64,000 nt of DNA from UHGV virus genome UHGV-1366990; one strand, written 5' to 3'. Shown one piece after another: positions 53,901-63,656 of this stretch. The stretch comes from a virus. The notes beneath the pieces were generated by a model. It did not search any database and was not told the DNA's origin. It saw only the letters and a list, made by a program, of their open reading frames with translations. Positions within the stretch are counted from its first letter, which is position 1. Each line of letters opens with the position of its first letter. The translations under genes were made by a program, and so were the position numbers.

Positions 53901-55373
53901 ATGTATCAGGTAATCTGTAGTGTCTGCCATGAACAGTTCAAAGCATCCAGGAAAGATAAGAAATTTTGTTCAGATGCTTGCAAGACCTTCGCATCGAACA
54001 CCCTAAAGAACCTCCCGGAAGGTTTCCTTGAAGCAGTGAATGAATTGTCTGACGAGGAATCATATCGCCAATTTTTCTACAAATATATGTTTACCAAGAA
54101 CAACAAATTGGATATCCAAAAATGCAAATCTGAACTGCTTATGAAGCACATCAATGTAGACCTTTTAGCGTTCGCCAATACCCACAACACCCTACAAGAT
54201 TTGGCTTGTAAAGTCACAGCTTGGCTGTACAATAGAACCGTGAAAATATGCCCGGTGTGTTCCAAGGAAACCAACTTTTATATCAATAATAAAGATTACA
54301 GAACATATTGTTCTGAAGAATGTTATCAGGTTTCTATGTGTAAAGGTGGGATTGGTCGGAAAGCCATAGAGACTTCGAATATATCCAAATACGGGAGCTG
54401 CTCCACACTACAATTACCTGGTGTGAGGGAGAAGGCGTTGGCAACGTTACAAGAACGTTATGGTGTTGACAACCCTATGAAAAACTCGAACATACTAAAA
54501 CGTGCGTTGTTCAGCAATGGTTCTATCAGGAACAAGAAATCTTCTTATGAAAAGGAAATATCCGAGTTTCTCACCTCAATGGGAGTTGTAAACACTGTTT
54601 CTGATTACAGTATATTATCCGGTAAACAACTGGATATCTATTGCCCTGAACACAAATTGGCGATTGAATTTAATGGTCTGTACTGGCATTCAGAAGTTTT
54701 TAAAGAGAAACATTATCACCTGGAAAAGACTGAAATATGTGAATCTCAGGGTATCCAGTTGGTCCACATCTGGGAAGATGAATGGGTTGAGAAACAGGAA
54801 GTGGTCAAATCTCTTCTGAAAGCTAAACTTGGCATTAAAACGCCTGCGTCATATGCTCGCCAACACAAAGTCGTTTGGGGGAATATAAGCGGCTTGAGGG
54901 AGTTTTTAGACAACCACCACATACAAGGTTCCGTTTCTTCCACCCACCATTTATCGTTAATTGACAAGAGTGGGGTCATACAAGCCGTGATGCTATTCAC
55001 TAAAAGGAAAGATGGCCTGGAATTAGTCAGATTTGCCTCTAATGATTGCCACGGAGCATTCAGTAAACTTCTTTCACACTTCAGAAGAAAATTTGCCGGC
55101 ACCAAAATCTATTCCTTTGGGGATAGGTGTGTTGTAAGCAGGTTGTCCAACATTTACCTATCCCACGGATTCGTAGAAGAGGAAGTACAGAAGCCAGACT
55201 ACAAATATCACAAGCCTGGCACATTTATGCGTGAGCACAAATTCGGTTTCAGAAAAGGTTCATTTGCTCGCATGGGGTATGACGTAGAAGGCAAAACAGA
55301 AAGCCAGTTAGCAACCGAAGCCGGGCTGGTCAGGATTTGGAATTGTGGACTGATCAAATATGTCTTGAACTAA
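53901..55373 (+). CDS. free-standing homing-endonuclease-like protein (Zn-ribbon N-terminus plus Vsr/DUF559-like nuclease core)
   Basis: 490 aa from ATG with GGAGGAG RBS; CxxC..C motifs; LAIEFNGLYWHSE resembles Vsr FVDGCFWH; inserted right after capsid gene. Confidence 0.6.
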   Translation: MYQVICSVCHEQFKASRKDKKFCSDACKTFASNTLKNLPEGFLEAVNELSDEESYRQFFYKYMFTKNNKLDIQKCKSELLMKHINVDLLAFANTHNTLQDLACKVTAWLYNRTVKICPVCSKETNFYINNKDYRTYCSEECYQVSMCKGGIGRKAIETSNISKYGSCSTLQLPGVREKALATLQERYGVDNPMKNSNILKRALFSNGSIRNKKSSYEKEISEFLTSMGVVNTVSDYSILSGKQLDIYCPEHKLAIEFNGLYWHSEVFKEKHYHLEKTEICESQGIQLVHIWEDEWVEKQEVVKSLLKAKLGIKTPASYARQHKVVWGNISGLREFLDNHHIQGSVSSTHHLSLIDKSGVIQAVMLFTKRKDGLELVRFASNDCHGAFSKLLSHFRRKFAGTKIYSFGDRCVVSRLSNIYLSHGFVEEEVQKPDYKYHKPGTFMREHKFGFRKGSFARMGYDVEGKTESQLATEAGLVRIWNCGLIKYVLN

Positions 55374-55436
55374 AAGAACATTTCAATAACGGGGCGAGAG
55401 GTATTATTGCCCCGTCTACTATCCGAGGGTTGTACC

Positions 55437-55661
55437 ATGTACCTGAAAAAGACTGTGAAGAAGCCGAAAGGTGATGTTGTCGAGGTGTGCCTTATTGAGG
55501 CTTATGTTGACTCCTGGAATAACGAGCAGCGCTACTTCATGGTCAACACATTGGTGTATGTGCCAGCCTCTCACTTGAACCGTGATTTCATCACAACCGA
55601 GAACATCGTCCGCTGGGAGATTGCAACGCAGTCCGATATCGACGAACACAACATTCTTTGA
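55437..55661 (+). CDS. hypothetical protein (74 aa)
   Basis: ATG with GAGGG RBS (track start is TTG). Confidence 0.4.
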   Translation: MYLKKTVKKPKGDVVEVCLIEAYVDSWNNEQRYFMVNTLVYVPASHLNRDFITTENIVRWEIATQSDIDEHNIL

Positions 55662-55678
55662 AAGGAAGAATCTATATC

Positions 55679-56122
55679 ATGTGTGATAAGAATTTCATTT
55701 TCATTAGTCCCGCCAAGAAACAGTTCTTCCATAGCTCCGTTGGGGACAAGGTGGAAGGTTTCCGTAAACTCAAAGATTATCGCCTGGCATGCGGTGATGT
55801 TGATTTTCAGAGCTTCGACAATGATCGCCAGGATTTGAACGATGAGGGTTGGACAGAAGTTCCATCCCCACAGTTTATCGACGTCAAGCTGTACTACATG
55901 AAGGACAGTGGGAAGTATTATTCAGAGGGTGTGATCAAAATCAACCGTGGGGAGGCCGAGGCCGAACCTGCTAAGTCCTGGATGGAGACTATGGATAAAA
56001 TCCGCTATCTGCTTGACTCAGGCAATTTGCCTGGTTTGGTTAAAGGTGCCCGGTATGAGGTCTTCGTGACCGGAGAAGGGCATCCAGGTGGGTATCCGGC
56101 GGTATTCCGCGTTAACAACTGA
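55679..56122 (+). CDS. hypothetical protein (147 aa)
   Basis: ATG in conserved GAAGGAAGAATCTATATCATG context. Confidence 0.5.
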   Translation: MCDKNFIFISPAKKQFFHSSVGDKVEGFRKLKDYRLACGDVDFQSFDNDRQDLNDEGWTEVPSPQFIDVKLYYMKDSGKYYSEGVIKINRGEAEAEPAKSWMETMDKIRYLLDSGNLPGLVKGARYEVFVTGEGHPGGYPAVFRVNN

Positions 56123-56130
56123 GGTCAAAC

Positions 56131-56367
56131 ATGATTATCAAAAAGATCGGCGCAAGTCCTCTCACTGGTACTATATTCCAGGGCAGGTTGAACACCAAAA
56201 CCAGCATGTGGGTTGGTGAGAAGACCGACGTGACAGATGACTGCGTGGCAGCTGTAGCTGAACACTTGCGTCACATCAAGAAAGACTATTGCTTCCCAAC
56301 AACGGATGGTAAGTTTCTGGTGCTGAGCGCCGAGGTTCACGACACCCTTCCTGATCGCTTCAAATAA
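56131..56367 (+). CDS. hypothetical protein (78 aa)
   Basis: GAGG RBS. Confidence 0.45.
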   Translation: MIIKKIGASPLTGTIFQGRLNTKTSMWVGEKTDVTDDCVAAVAEHLRHIKKDYCFPTTDGKFLVLSAEVHDTLPDRFK

Positions 56368-56393
56368 ATTTTAAATTTATTCAATAAACGGGG

Positions 56394-56421
56394 TTTACTT
56401 CTTCAATAAACCCCGTATACT
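56394..56421 (+). promoter_or_regulatory. sigma70-type early promoter (-35 TTTACT, 16 nt, -10 TATACT) with conserved leader
   Basis: Third copy of the conserved promoter/leader; -35 embedded in a GC hairpin. Confidence 0.4.
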
Positions 56422-56470
56422 TCATTCCATAAGCAGCACAACACTGACTCTGAAATGAAGGAACTATATC

Positions 56471-56788
56471 ATGAACACTCCAAAAATCTCTATCTGGGCT
56501 TTCGACGAATTCACCGCATTTGACGCTCTGATTGCTACTCTGGGTTGTGCTCCTCAGGAAGCGGAAGACGATTACTCCCGCACTAACAAAGTCAAGATGG
56601 TGAACACCACTCACGATTTCAAACACGACCTGAACTCCTTCTTGGACGTTTTGGCTACCACCCTGCCAGAAGCTGACATGGCAACTGTGCGCGGCTCTAT
56701 CTTTAAGAAGAACGGCGAAATGCGCAAGTTAGCGGGTAAAGAAGTGAAATTCGCCGCCGACGGTTTCTTCATCACCATTGAATTCTGA
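56471..56788 (+). CDS. hypothetical protein (105 aa)
   Basis: ATG in GAAGGAACTATATCATG context. Confidence 0.5.
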   Translation: MNTPKISIWAFDEFTAFDALIATLGCAPQEAEDDYSRTNKVKMVNTTHDFKHDLNSFLDVLATTLPEADMATVRGSIFKKNGEMRKLAGKEVKFAADGFFITIEF

Positions 56789-56802
56789 TTGAGGTGCACA
56801 CC

Positions 56803-57132
56803 ATGACTTTTAAAGGCTTTGTAGCATTCGACGCAACCAAAACCAACGTGCTGAGCAATCCGCAGCTGGAAACCATCTCTGAAATGCGCCAGTGGGTGAT
56901 GGGGATCACTGGCCATCAAACCCGCAAAGATCTTGAAGCGGAGTTCTATATCGAACCTGCTGAAGTCTTCTTCAATCGCCCTGAAGATGAACCGTTCATC
57001 CGTCAAGACTTGGATGACAATGATATCACTCTCGCGATCTTCTCTGAAGCAAAAGCGGCTATGATCGTGGACGGCCTGTGTGATGAGTCCTTCACATACG
57101 ATGAATACTGCGATCAGTGTCAGGATCTGTGA
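56803..57132 (+). CDS. hypothetical acidic protein (109 aa)
   Basis: ATG with GAGG RBS (track start is GTG). Confidence 0.5.
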   Translation: MTFKGFVAFDATKTNVLSNPQLETISEMRQWVMGITGHQTRKDLEAEFYIEPAEVFFNRPEDEPFIRQDLDDNDITLAIFSEAKAAMIVDGLCDESFTYDEYCDQCQDL

Positions 57133-57201
57133 TTTGTTCTAAACCTTTGAACAGGGTATGTTAACCGCATACCCTATCCCCTACAAATAGAGGACTTTAC
57201 C

Positions 57202-57546
57202 ATGGCAGCAGACACCAAACTGAACAAATCCGTGGAGATCCCCCACATCGTCAAATTCGAAAAGCCGAGTGAGCGCAAGCCACGCAAAACGCGCCGCCTG
57301 ACCACCAAACTGGATATTCTGAAACAGAAGTTCGGCGACCACAGCGTGTTCACTCGCATTCGCAATGCAATAAAGGAAGGGCGAACTGAGCTGGAGCTGT
57401 ACCGTCCGAACGGTTCGACACGTGCGTATCAGACCACCGACGGCTTACTGGAACTGATCCGCCTGAGCGGGATGACGATCGAACCTCGTTCGTCAGGCAC
57501 TCCTCTGTGCTCCCTGTACGTAATCGGCAATCTTGGGGCGCTGTGA
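57202..57546 (+). CDS. hypothetical basic protein (114 aa)
   Basis: AGAGGA RBS. Confidence 0.5.
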   Translation: MAADTKLNKSVEIPHIVKFEKPSERKPRKTRRLTTKLDILKQKFGDHSVFTRIRNAIKEGRTELELYRPNGSTRAYQTTDGLLELIRLSGMTIEPRSSGTPLCSLYVIGNLGAL

Positions 57547-57551
57547 GTTCT

Positions 57552-57974
57552 ATGAAGAAGTATATCGTTCTCATTACGGGTTCCCGCTCAATCACCGAGC
57601 GGGATAAGGTATTCGCCAAGCTGGACGAACTCCTCGATCCTCATGAAGTCTATACGTTGATCGAGGGTGAGGCCACGGGTGTCGACACGATTTGCCGTGA
57701 TTGGGCTGAAATCAATTATGTTCATATCACTCCTATGCCAATACCTCCGAGCTATTATGAAAAGTATGGGAAAGGGATGGGCAACAAACGCAATCAGGAC
57801 ATGTTAGACAAGGCATTGGATCTCGTCAGACAGACCAAGCTGGAAGTGTATCCGATTGCGATGTGGGATGGTTCGTCCACTGGCACCCTGGACATGATCA
57901 ACCGTTGCAAGAAAGCTGGCCTCCCTGTGGATATCACTCTAATGGGTAAGCCGAAGACCAAGCGCCTTTTGTAA
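57552..57974 (+). CDS. Rossmann-like protein (possible SLOG/DprA-like nucleotide-binding fold)
   Basis: 140 aa; IVLITGSRSITERD...GEATGVDTICRDWA pattern; assignment tentative. Confidence 0.4.
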   Translation: MKKYIVLITGSRSITERDKVFAKLDELLDPHEVYTLIEGEATGVDTICRDWAEINYVHITPMPIPPSYYEKYGKGMGNKRNQDMLDKALDLVRQTKLEVYPIAMWDGSSTGTLDMINRCKKAGLPVDITLMGKPKTKRLL

Positions 57975-58189
57975 CATATCATAAATAATTTGAGTACACA
58001 CAGCGGAGATACATCATGTTTGTCGTCATCAATCTGTTCTGTTACATCTTCACGGCGTACTTCTTGGGCGCGGTAGGGATCGAGACATACAATGATCTGA
58101 AGGATGGGGAATACGCCAACCGAATGGTTTATGTCAAGAAGTTTGTTCGTAAGTTCTGGTCCAACTTCGTTTACAAACTACCATGATCC

Positions 58190-58222
58190 CTAAATACCCC
58201 CATCATACATGGGGGTATTTTC
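58190..58222 (+). promoter_or_regulatory. late promoter CTAAATACCCCC with inverted partner GGGGGTATTT
   Basis: ccctaaatacccccatcatacatgggggtattttcttATG. Confidence 0.45.
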
Positions 58223-58224
58223 TT

Positions 58225-58953
58225 ATGAACGCACAGATCTATGACGCCCTATCACAGGGCAACGCCTTTACCAATCCTCTCCCGTCCCTCAGCAGCGCCT
58301 CACAGGGGTTAATCACCAGTGGTAAGGCGACTACAGCGTCACTGGCTAACACCGGAAATGCGCAGATTCAGGAAGCGCTGACGGCAGGTGGGTTGACTAC
58401 AGCCAAACTCAACGAATCTACAGCAATGTTCAACTCAGCCAACAACAGCATCACTACTTTGAACAACTATGGCGACCAGTCAGTGAACGAGGCATATTCC
58501 CGCATCGGTACATCTGTGTCGTATAAGTCCGCCCTGAAGTCTATAGGTCGAGAACCGAACAACTGTGATCTGATCAATAATGCATTTGGGATTATTCAGA
58601 ACCTCGGCAAACAGTGGATCAACACCATGCAAAGTGTTCTCACAACTATCACAAACAAGATGAATGAGCTGGCTGAGTTGGTAGCTCAGGGTGTCAGTGC
58701 TGGTCTTGATGCTATTCGGGCACTGGCTGCTGAAGTTACTCAGGCCATCGACACTGCTGTCGCATCAGTAGCCTCTATTGCTCAGGACATCACGAACGGT
58801 ATTGCAGCAGAGTTAGCCCATATCCAAGACATGGTTGGTAAGTGTCTTAACTTCTCTTTTGCCAACGTGATATCAGAGTGGGCGAAAGATATCTGCGCCG
58901 GAGGTGTCATCAACAGCATCGGTTCCGATAATCTGAAGAACGCACTGAAGTAA
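58225..58953 (+). CDS. putative virion-associated protein (243 aa)
   Basis: Late-type promoter; Ala/Ser/Asn/Thr-rich; track start 58183 lies inside the promoter. Confidence 0.55.
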   Translation: MNAQIYDALSQGNAFTNPLPSLSSASQGLITSGKATTASLANTGNAQIQEALTAGGLTTAKLNESTAMFNSANNSITTLNNYGDQSVNEAYSRIGTSVSYKSALKSIGREPNNCDLINNAFGIIQNLGKQWINTMQSVLTTITNKMNELAELVAQGVSAGLDAIRALAAEVTQAIDTAVASVASIAQDITNGIAAELAHIQDMVGKCLNFSFANVISEWAKDICAGGVINSIGSDNLKNALK

Positions 58954-59433
58954 TCAGTGCTCCCGCGCCGGAAGAACTCCCAATGGTTCGATGCCATCCA
59001 ACAGCAGGGAGTTCACACCCGCATTACTCAGTCTGATCAAGATTGTTCCCCCTGGGTTAACTTCAAAGATGCTCATCCCATTTCCAACCGCGTCGTTGTT
59101 AACGAACACACCCTGAGTTGCGATTCGTACTGGTTTATCTGTGTCATTCATGATCTTGAACGTCACGATTATATCCGATGTTGTACCCAGTCGTCCAACC
59201 ATGCGTTGCTTCAGCTTGGTATAGAATGATGGATTAAAAGTGATAATGATGCTGTTGTTCTGAGAGTAATAAATACTGGCTGAAAGGTATGGAATCTTCC
59301 CTTCATCGCCACGCCGCAGGAGAGGAATTGTGGTCCTCCAGTATGGCTTGAGGGTGCTCATGTTCTCATCAAAGCAACCTAAAGGTACGAGCTTCTGGAA
59401 GGGCTGGAACTCTTGCACGATGATGTCCAGCAT
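58954..59433 (-). CDS. hypothetical beta-rich protein (about 160 aa; start uncertain)
   Basis: C-terminal two-thirds of 271-aa minus ORF is protein-like, N-terminal third looks antisense-like. Confidence 0.35.
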   Translation of the reverse strand: MLDIIVQEFQPFQKLVPLGCFDENMSTLKPYWRTTIPLLRRGDEGKIPYLSASIYYSQNNSIIITFNPSFYTKLKQRMVGRLGTTSDIIVTFKIMNDTDKPVRIATQGVFVNNDAVGNGMSIFEVNPGGTILIRLSNAGVNSLLLDGIEPLGVLPAREH

Positions 59434-59632
59434 ACCCTTGTTACAAGTGGGAACGCTGGCCGACAACATCACAGGTACGGTGCGCACTTCTGGGGTCCAG
59501 AGTTCGGAAACAGAAATTATTGGCGTGACAAAGATGCGACAGCTCGTAAACAAGAGCATCGAGCATGCCAACAACAATCTACTGATCCCGCGCATCAGGG
59601 TCACAACATATCTCCACAGCAAAGGTGCTATT

Positions 59633-60145
59633 ATGTCCAACGTACAATTTAAGAACGAAAACCCTAATTTCGCGGCGTCCGATAAGTGGCGTCTGACTAT
59701 CGGAGACCTTGTACTCCTAACCCGTAACATCCACGACTTCAGTATACCAGGGGTGTACTCCGAAGGCATCGATGGTCCGTCTCCTGGTGACGTGTTGGTT
59801 TCTATACCTTCAGAGCGTTTAACCTATGATCCCGTCGTATTTACTTTCGTTATAGACGAGGACTGGAAATCATGGTTACAGATCCACCAATGGATTACCA
59901 GCAACGTCGGCAAGGATTTGCCTGTCAGCAAGGACATTACCATTGAATTGCTGGATAACCTCAACCGACCGATTGGCCTCACTCTCGTGCTGGAGGAAGC
60001 CCGCCCGACTGCTTTGGACAACGTACTGGTGGACGTAGACGCGGCTGTACCTCAGCTAGTGACGACAGTGACCTTCAAGTTCCAACAGCTGGTTCCACTA
60101 TCTGGTGGGAAGGCGATTGATTCTAATCCGCAAAATGTGGTATAA
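59633..60145 (+). CDS. hypothetical protein (170 aa)
   Basis: ATG with AAAGG RBS inside ORF 59330..60145; upstream part overlaps minus-strand ORF. Confidence 0.45.
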   Translation: MSNVQFKNENPNFAASDKWRLTIGDLVLLTRNIHDFSIPGVYSEGIDGPSPGDVLVSIPSERLTYDPVVFTFVIDEDWKSWLQIHQWITSNVGKDLPVSKDITIELLDNLNRPIGLTLVLEEARPTALDNVLVDVDAAVPQLVTTVTFKFQQLVPLSGGKAIDSNPQNVV

Positions 60146-60175
60146 TTTTATGACATTGACAAGCTGGGATATTTT

Positions 60176-60628
60176 ATGAAAGAACAACTACAGACAATGG
60201 CTACCGAGGACATCATGAACGAACTGGAGCCGCTGATCACAGTGGACCCAGAAGACATGAACCTTGACCAGATCTCACTGAAAATCGGGCGCTCTTGGAT
60301 GGCTGTACAGCGGCATTATCTGCGCGAGGGACGTTATCTTGAATTTCTCAACGGGCGCTTCCGCCAGATCGACCTCTATCTGCGCCGCTACTATGCAGGG
60401 GAGTTACCCCCTAACATCTACGCAGAGCGCCCCCTGAAGGTTCGCCCCCTGAAGTCTGACCTAGATACATGGGTCAAAGCAGACGATGACTATGTGGAGT
60501 TGTCTGTTCTGTTACAAGAACAAAAAGCAAAAGTCAAGTTCATAGAGACTTGTTTGGATCGCCTGAACAAACTGGGATACGAAGTGAAAAATGCTATTGA
60601 GTGGAGAAAATATATTGATGGTGTATAA
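60176..60628 (+). CDS. uvsY: UvsY-like recombination mediator (tentative)
   Basis: 150 aa; weak N- and C-terminal pattern similarity to T4 UvsY; lies next to UvsW-like gene as in T4. Confidence 0.45.
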   Translation: MKEQLQTMATEDIMNELEPLITVDPEDMNLDQISLKIGRSWMAVQRHYLREGRYLEFLNGRFRQIDLYLRRYYAGELPPNIYAERPLKVRPLKSDLDTWVKADDDYVELSVLLQEQKAKVKFIETCLDRLNKLGYEVKNAIEWRKYIDGV

Positions 60629-60643
60629 CGAGGATCACACATA

Positions 60644-61390
60644 ATGGCATCTCTCCAAGATCTACGCAAGCTGAATGACTTCGAAAACCGTCATTACACA
60701 TTCCAGCAATACGAACTTCCTCATAAGGAACTGGAGTGTGTTACGACGGAGAATGGTCGTCATTACGTTTCACCGTCTGGTGTAAAACTGACATCCGTCA
60801 CGACTATGCTGGGACGCACTGGAGATCATGAATGGCTTGAGTCTTGGAGGAAGAAGCTGGGCGCAGAGGCCGCTGATCTTGAGACCATGCGCTGTGCTGA
60901 CCGAGGGGAGAAGCTGCACCTTGCTTGTGAACTGTATCTAAAGAACCGCCCAATGAAAGAAGTGTTGGAAGCGGCTGGCGAATACATGTTCATGTTCAAG
61001 CAGCTGTTCCCTTACCTGAACAAGATGACAAAGATCTATGCTCAGGAGATCCCATTATATAGCGAGGTGCTTGGTCTTGCAGGTCGTGTAGACCTTATCG
61101 GGGTTTATGAGGGTAAACCTGCTGTCATCGACTTCAAGACATCGAACACCATGAAGACGCGGGGCATGATCGAGGATTACAGTATTCAGCTGTGCTTATA
61201 TTCGGTCATGTTCCAGCAGATGTTCGGCGTCAAGATCACCCGCCTCATCAACGTGATTGCCAACGAGTCTTCCCCTCTACCAACCGTCATTGAGTTCAAC
61301 CGTGATGACATTCTGACTAAGATGTTTGAGCGTGTTCGTCTGTATCATCGCATGGATAAAGAACAAAACGGAGTCTGGCCGGATCACTAA
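60644..61390 (+). CDS. PD-(D/E)xK nuclease, RecB/Cas4/lambda-exonuclease-like
   Basis: GRVDLIGVYEGKPAVIDFKTS matches RecB-type GxxD...(D/E)xKT motif. Confidence 0.6.
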   Translation: MASLQDLRKLNDFENRHYTFQQYELPHKELECVTTENGRHYVSPSGVKLTSVTTMLGRTGDHEWLESWRKKLGAEAADLETMRCADRGEKLHLACELYLKNRPMKEVLEAAGEYMFMFKQLFPYLNKMTKIYAQEIPLYSEVLGLAGRVDLIGVYEGKPAVIDFKTSNTMKTRGMIEDYSIQLCLYSVMFQQMFGVKITRLINVIANESSPLPTVIEFNRDDILTKMFERVRLYHRMDKEQNGVWPDH

Positions 61391-61394
61391 ATAC
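61387..61394 (+). promoter_or_regulatory. late-promoter-like motif CTAAATACCCC
   Basis: 25 nt upstream of UvsW ATG. Confidence 0.4.
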
Positions 61395-61418
61395 CCCATA
61401 ATCCTTGGGAGATTTTGT

Positions 61419-62927
61419 ATGGCAGACATTCAGATTGTTAAGGTTAACGAAGTCCGCATGCGTTGCATCGCAGATCTTTCTATCAGGGAAGAACTTAATG
61501 ACTACTTCAAATTCGAAGACCCGAACTTCGTTCCCAACCCCTTCTCTAAATGGGACGGGGTTGTCCGCCTATTTACCAAGTCATCTGGTCTAATCGATAT
61601 CGGTCTGCTGTTTGAGGTATTTAAGTTCTGTAAGAACAACGGATACACCATTGAACTGGATCCGGCACTGAAGTACATTCAGGACATCCCAGATGAAGAA
61701 ATCCGTGAATTCATCGACAGCCTGCATCCAAAGATCCGTACCGAAAATCACGAATATATCGATGCCGAGACTCGTGACTACCAGTACGACACCATCGCCA
61801 AGGCTATGCGTCAAACCAGATGCGTCTGTGAACTGGCTACGAGTGCCGGTAAGTCCTTTATTCTGTATGTCATGGCGCGGTACTACAGGCGGCGCAGAGA
61901 AGCTCTCGAAAGTCCTCTGAAGACGCTTATCGTGGTGCCGTCAATCCACCTAGTCACTCAGCTGTACGACAACTTCGAAGAGTATGCGCATGGCAGTGAT
62001 TGGAAGCCCGTTGTTAACACCCAGCTGATTTTTGAGGGCGCGACAAAGGAGATCAGTAAACCAATCGTCATCAGCACATGGCAGGGCATTCAAGACCAGT
62101 CGAAGGAATGGTTCCACCAGTTCGGCGATATCGTGGTGGATGAAGTGCACACCTCCAAGTCTGAGAAACTGTCTTACATCCTGAACAACTGCATCTATGC
62201 CGACCAGCGCCTGGGGGTTACAGGTACGCTGGCGAACACCAAAGTTGCCGGGCTTCAGGTGGTGGCTCACTTCGGGGCGTACCATAAGATCATCACGGCT
62301 CGCGATCTTATCAATCTCGGGTACGCCACTGACATCAAAGTGAAGATGATTCAGCTGAAGCACACTCCGGCGGATGCTGTTGGTCTAGACGGGGATTATT
62401 CCAAGGAAATAGAATACCTTATTACACACCAGTCCCGCAACGAACTGATCGCCAAGATGGCACTGAATCTGAAAGGGAACGTGGCCATCATGTTCGAGCG
62501 TATTGACGCCCACATGATGGTTGTGTACGATATGCTGAGCGCAGTCAAGCCCAACGTGTTTGTCATCAACGGGGAAGTGAAGATCGAAGACCGCCGCCGC
62601 ATACAGAAAGCGATGGAGGATGGAGAAGATATCACGTTGTTGGCTTCATACGGGACAATGCAACAGGGTGTGTCAATCAAGAAGCTACACCACCTTGTAC
62701 TGGCACACCCGAGCAAGTCATATATCCGTGTCATACAGACATTGGGTCGTCTGATGCGTCAGCACTCCTCTAAGGACGTCGCGTGGATATGGGACTTAGT
62801 GGATGATGCATCGTACAACGCCAGCACGAACCACGCTCTCAGGCACTCTCATGAACGTTACAAGTTTTACCTGGCAGAGCGCCACCCCGTGGAGTTCATG
62901 AAGGTGGCGCTGGGCAATCACGATTAA
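61419..62927 (+). CDS. uvsW: UvsW-like SF2 DNA helicase
   Basis: GVVRLFTKSSGLIDIGLLFEVFKFCKNNGYTIELDP parallels T4 UvsW N-domain; Walker A ATSAGKSF and DEVH box. Confidence 0.85.
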   Translation: MADIQIVKVNEVRMRCIADLSIREELNDYFKFEDPNFVPNPFSKWDGVVRLFTKSSGLIDIGLLFEVFKFCKNNGYTIELDPALKYIQDIPDEEIREFIDSLHPKIRTENHEYIDAETRDYQYDTIAKAMRQTRCVCELATSAGKSFILYVMARYYRRRREALESPLKTLIVVPSIHLVTQLYDNFEEYAHGSDWKPVVNTQLIFEGATKEISKPIVISTWQGIQDQSKEWFHQFGDIVVDEVHTSKSEKLSYILNNCIYADQRLGVTGTLANTKVAGLQVVAHFGAYHKIITARDLINLGYATDIKVKMIQLKHTPADAVGLDGDYSKEIEYLITHQSRNELIAKMALNLKGNVAIMFERIDAHMMVVYDMLSAVKPNVFVINGEVKIEDRRRIQKAMEDGEDITLLASYGTMQQGVSIKKLHHLVLAHPSKSYIRVIQTLGRLMRQHSSKDVAWIWDLVDDASYNASTNHALRHSHERYKFYLAERHPVEFMKVALGNHD

Positions 62928-63295
62928 TCTTGATTCACATAGGCGGGGGTGGCCTCGCCTTCATCAGTTACTACGCCGAACAATTTATCCAGAGAAGCCA
63001 GACATTGTGAGTTTAGGTGTTCACTGATCGTATCCTTCAGCATTTCTTCGCTGCCCAATTTGAATGGCAGAACTTTCGCTTCGATGCCGTTTTCAAACGT
63101 CACCACACCGACATACAGACCAACTTTCAGACCTGTCATCAAACCCAGAGGGACAAATCGCGGCTCCGATGGTAAGTTCTTGTCTGACGCCAGCTGTGTC
63201 AGATAAACCGGGGTGCCTGTGATAAATTGACCTGTGGTGAGGTTGGCGTCTGGCTTACTACACCCGACTGCGTATAATCCTACGAACTGTTTCAT
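62924..63295 (-). CDS. hypothetical protein (123 aa)
   Basis: GAGAG RBS 7 nt upstream; convergent with UvsW. Confidence 0.5.
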   Translation of the reverse strand: MKQFVGLYAVGCSKPDANLTTGQFITGTPVYLTQLASDKNLPSEPRFVPLGLMTGLKVGLYVGVVTFENGIEAKVLPFKLGSEEMLKDTISEHLNSQCLASLDKLFGVVTDEGEATPAYVNQD

Positions 63296-63299
63296 ATAT

Positions 63300-63656
63300 T
63301 ACTCTCGTGTGTTGGTTAACATGACATACATATTATTTCGCGTGCATGTTTAGACCAAATAAATTAATTTTGCTGTTGAATAAAAACTGCTTTCTTGTTG
63401 AACAACGGCGTGGTATTATACGAGTTGTGAGCGTTAGCGAACAACGAGTATTTGTTTTATGAGCGAAGCGAATAGGATTAATAAAGATTATTATCTTTAA
63501 TAAAGGTTATTATCTTTAATAAAGTCCATAAATGCCGAAGGCATTTATTAATAACGCGTAGCGCAATTTGCCACTTGTTCTATAAGCAAAACACAGCGAT
63601 ACTAGATTTCGTCAAACATGACTTGAACCCCCACTATATTTTGAGGATACATACAA
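63300..63656. promoter_or_regulatory. AT-rich divergent regulatory region upstream of gp45-like gene, with conserved 28-nt motif and tandem repeat
   Basis: cgagttgtgagcgttagcgaacaacgag at 63421-63448; two 18-nt direct repeats at 63488-63524; hairpin ccataaatgccgaaggcatttatt. Confidence 0.4.
63488..63524. repeat. tandem direct repeat, 2 x ttattatctttaataaag
   Basis: Copies at 63488-63505 and 63507-63524. Confidence 0.5.

Noticed and set aside
58183-58224. ORF-track start at 58183 for the 58225..58953 gene
   Set aside because: That ATG lies inside the CTAAATACCCCC promoter element itself; the first ATG after the GGGG ribosome-binding element (58225) is used instead
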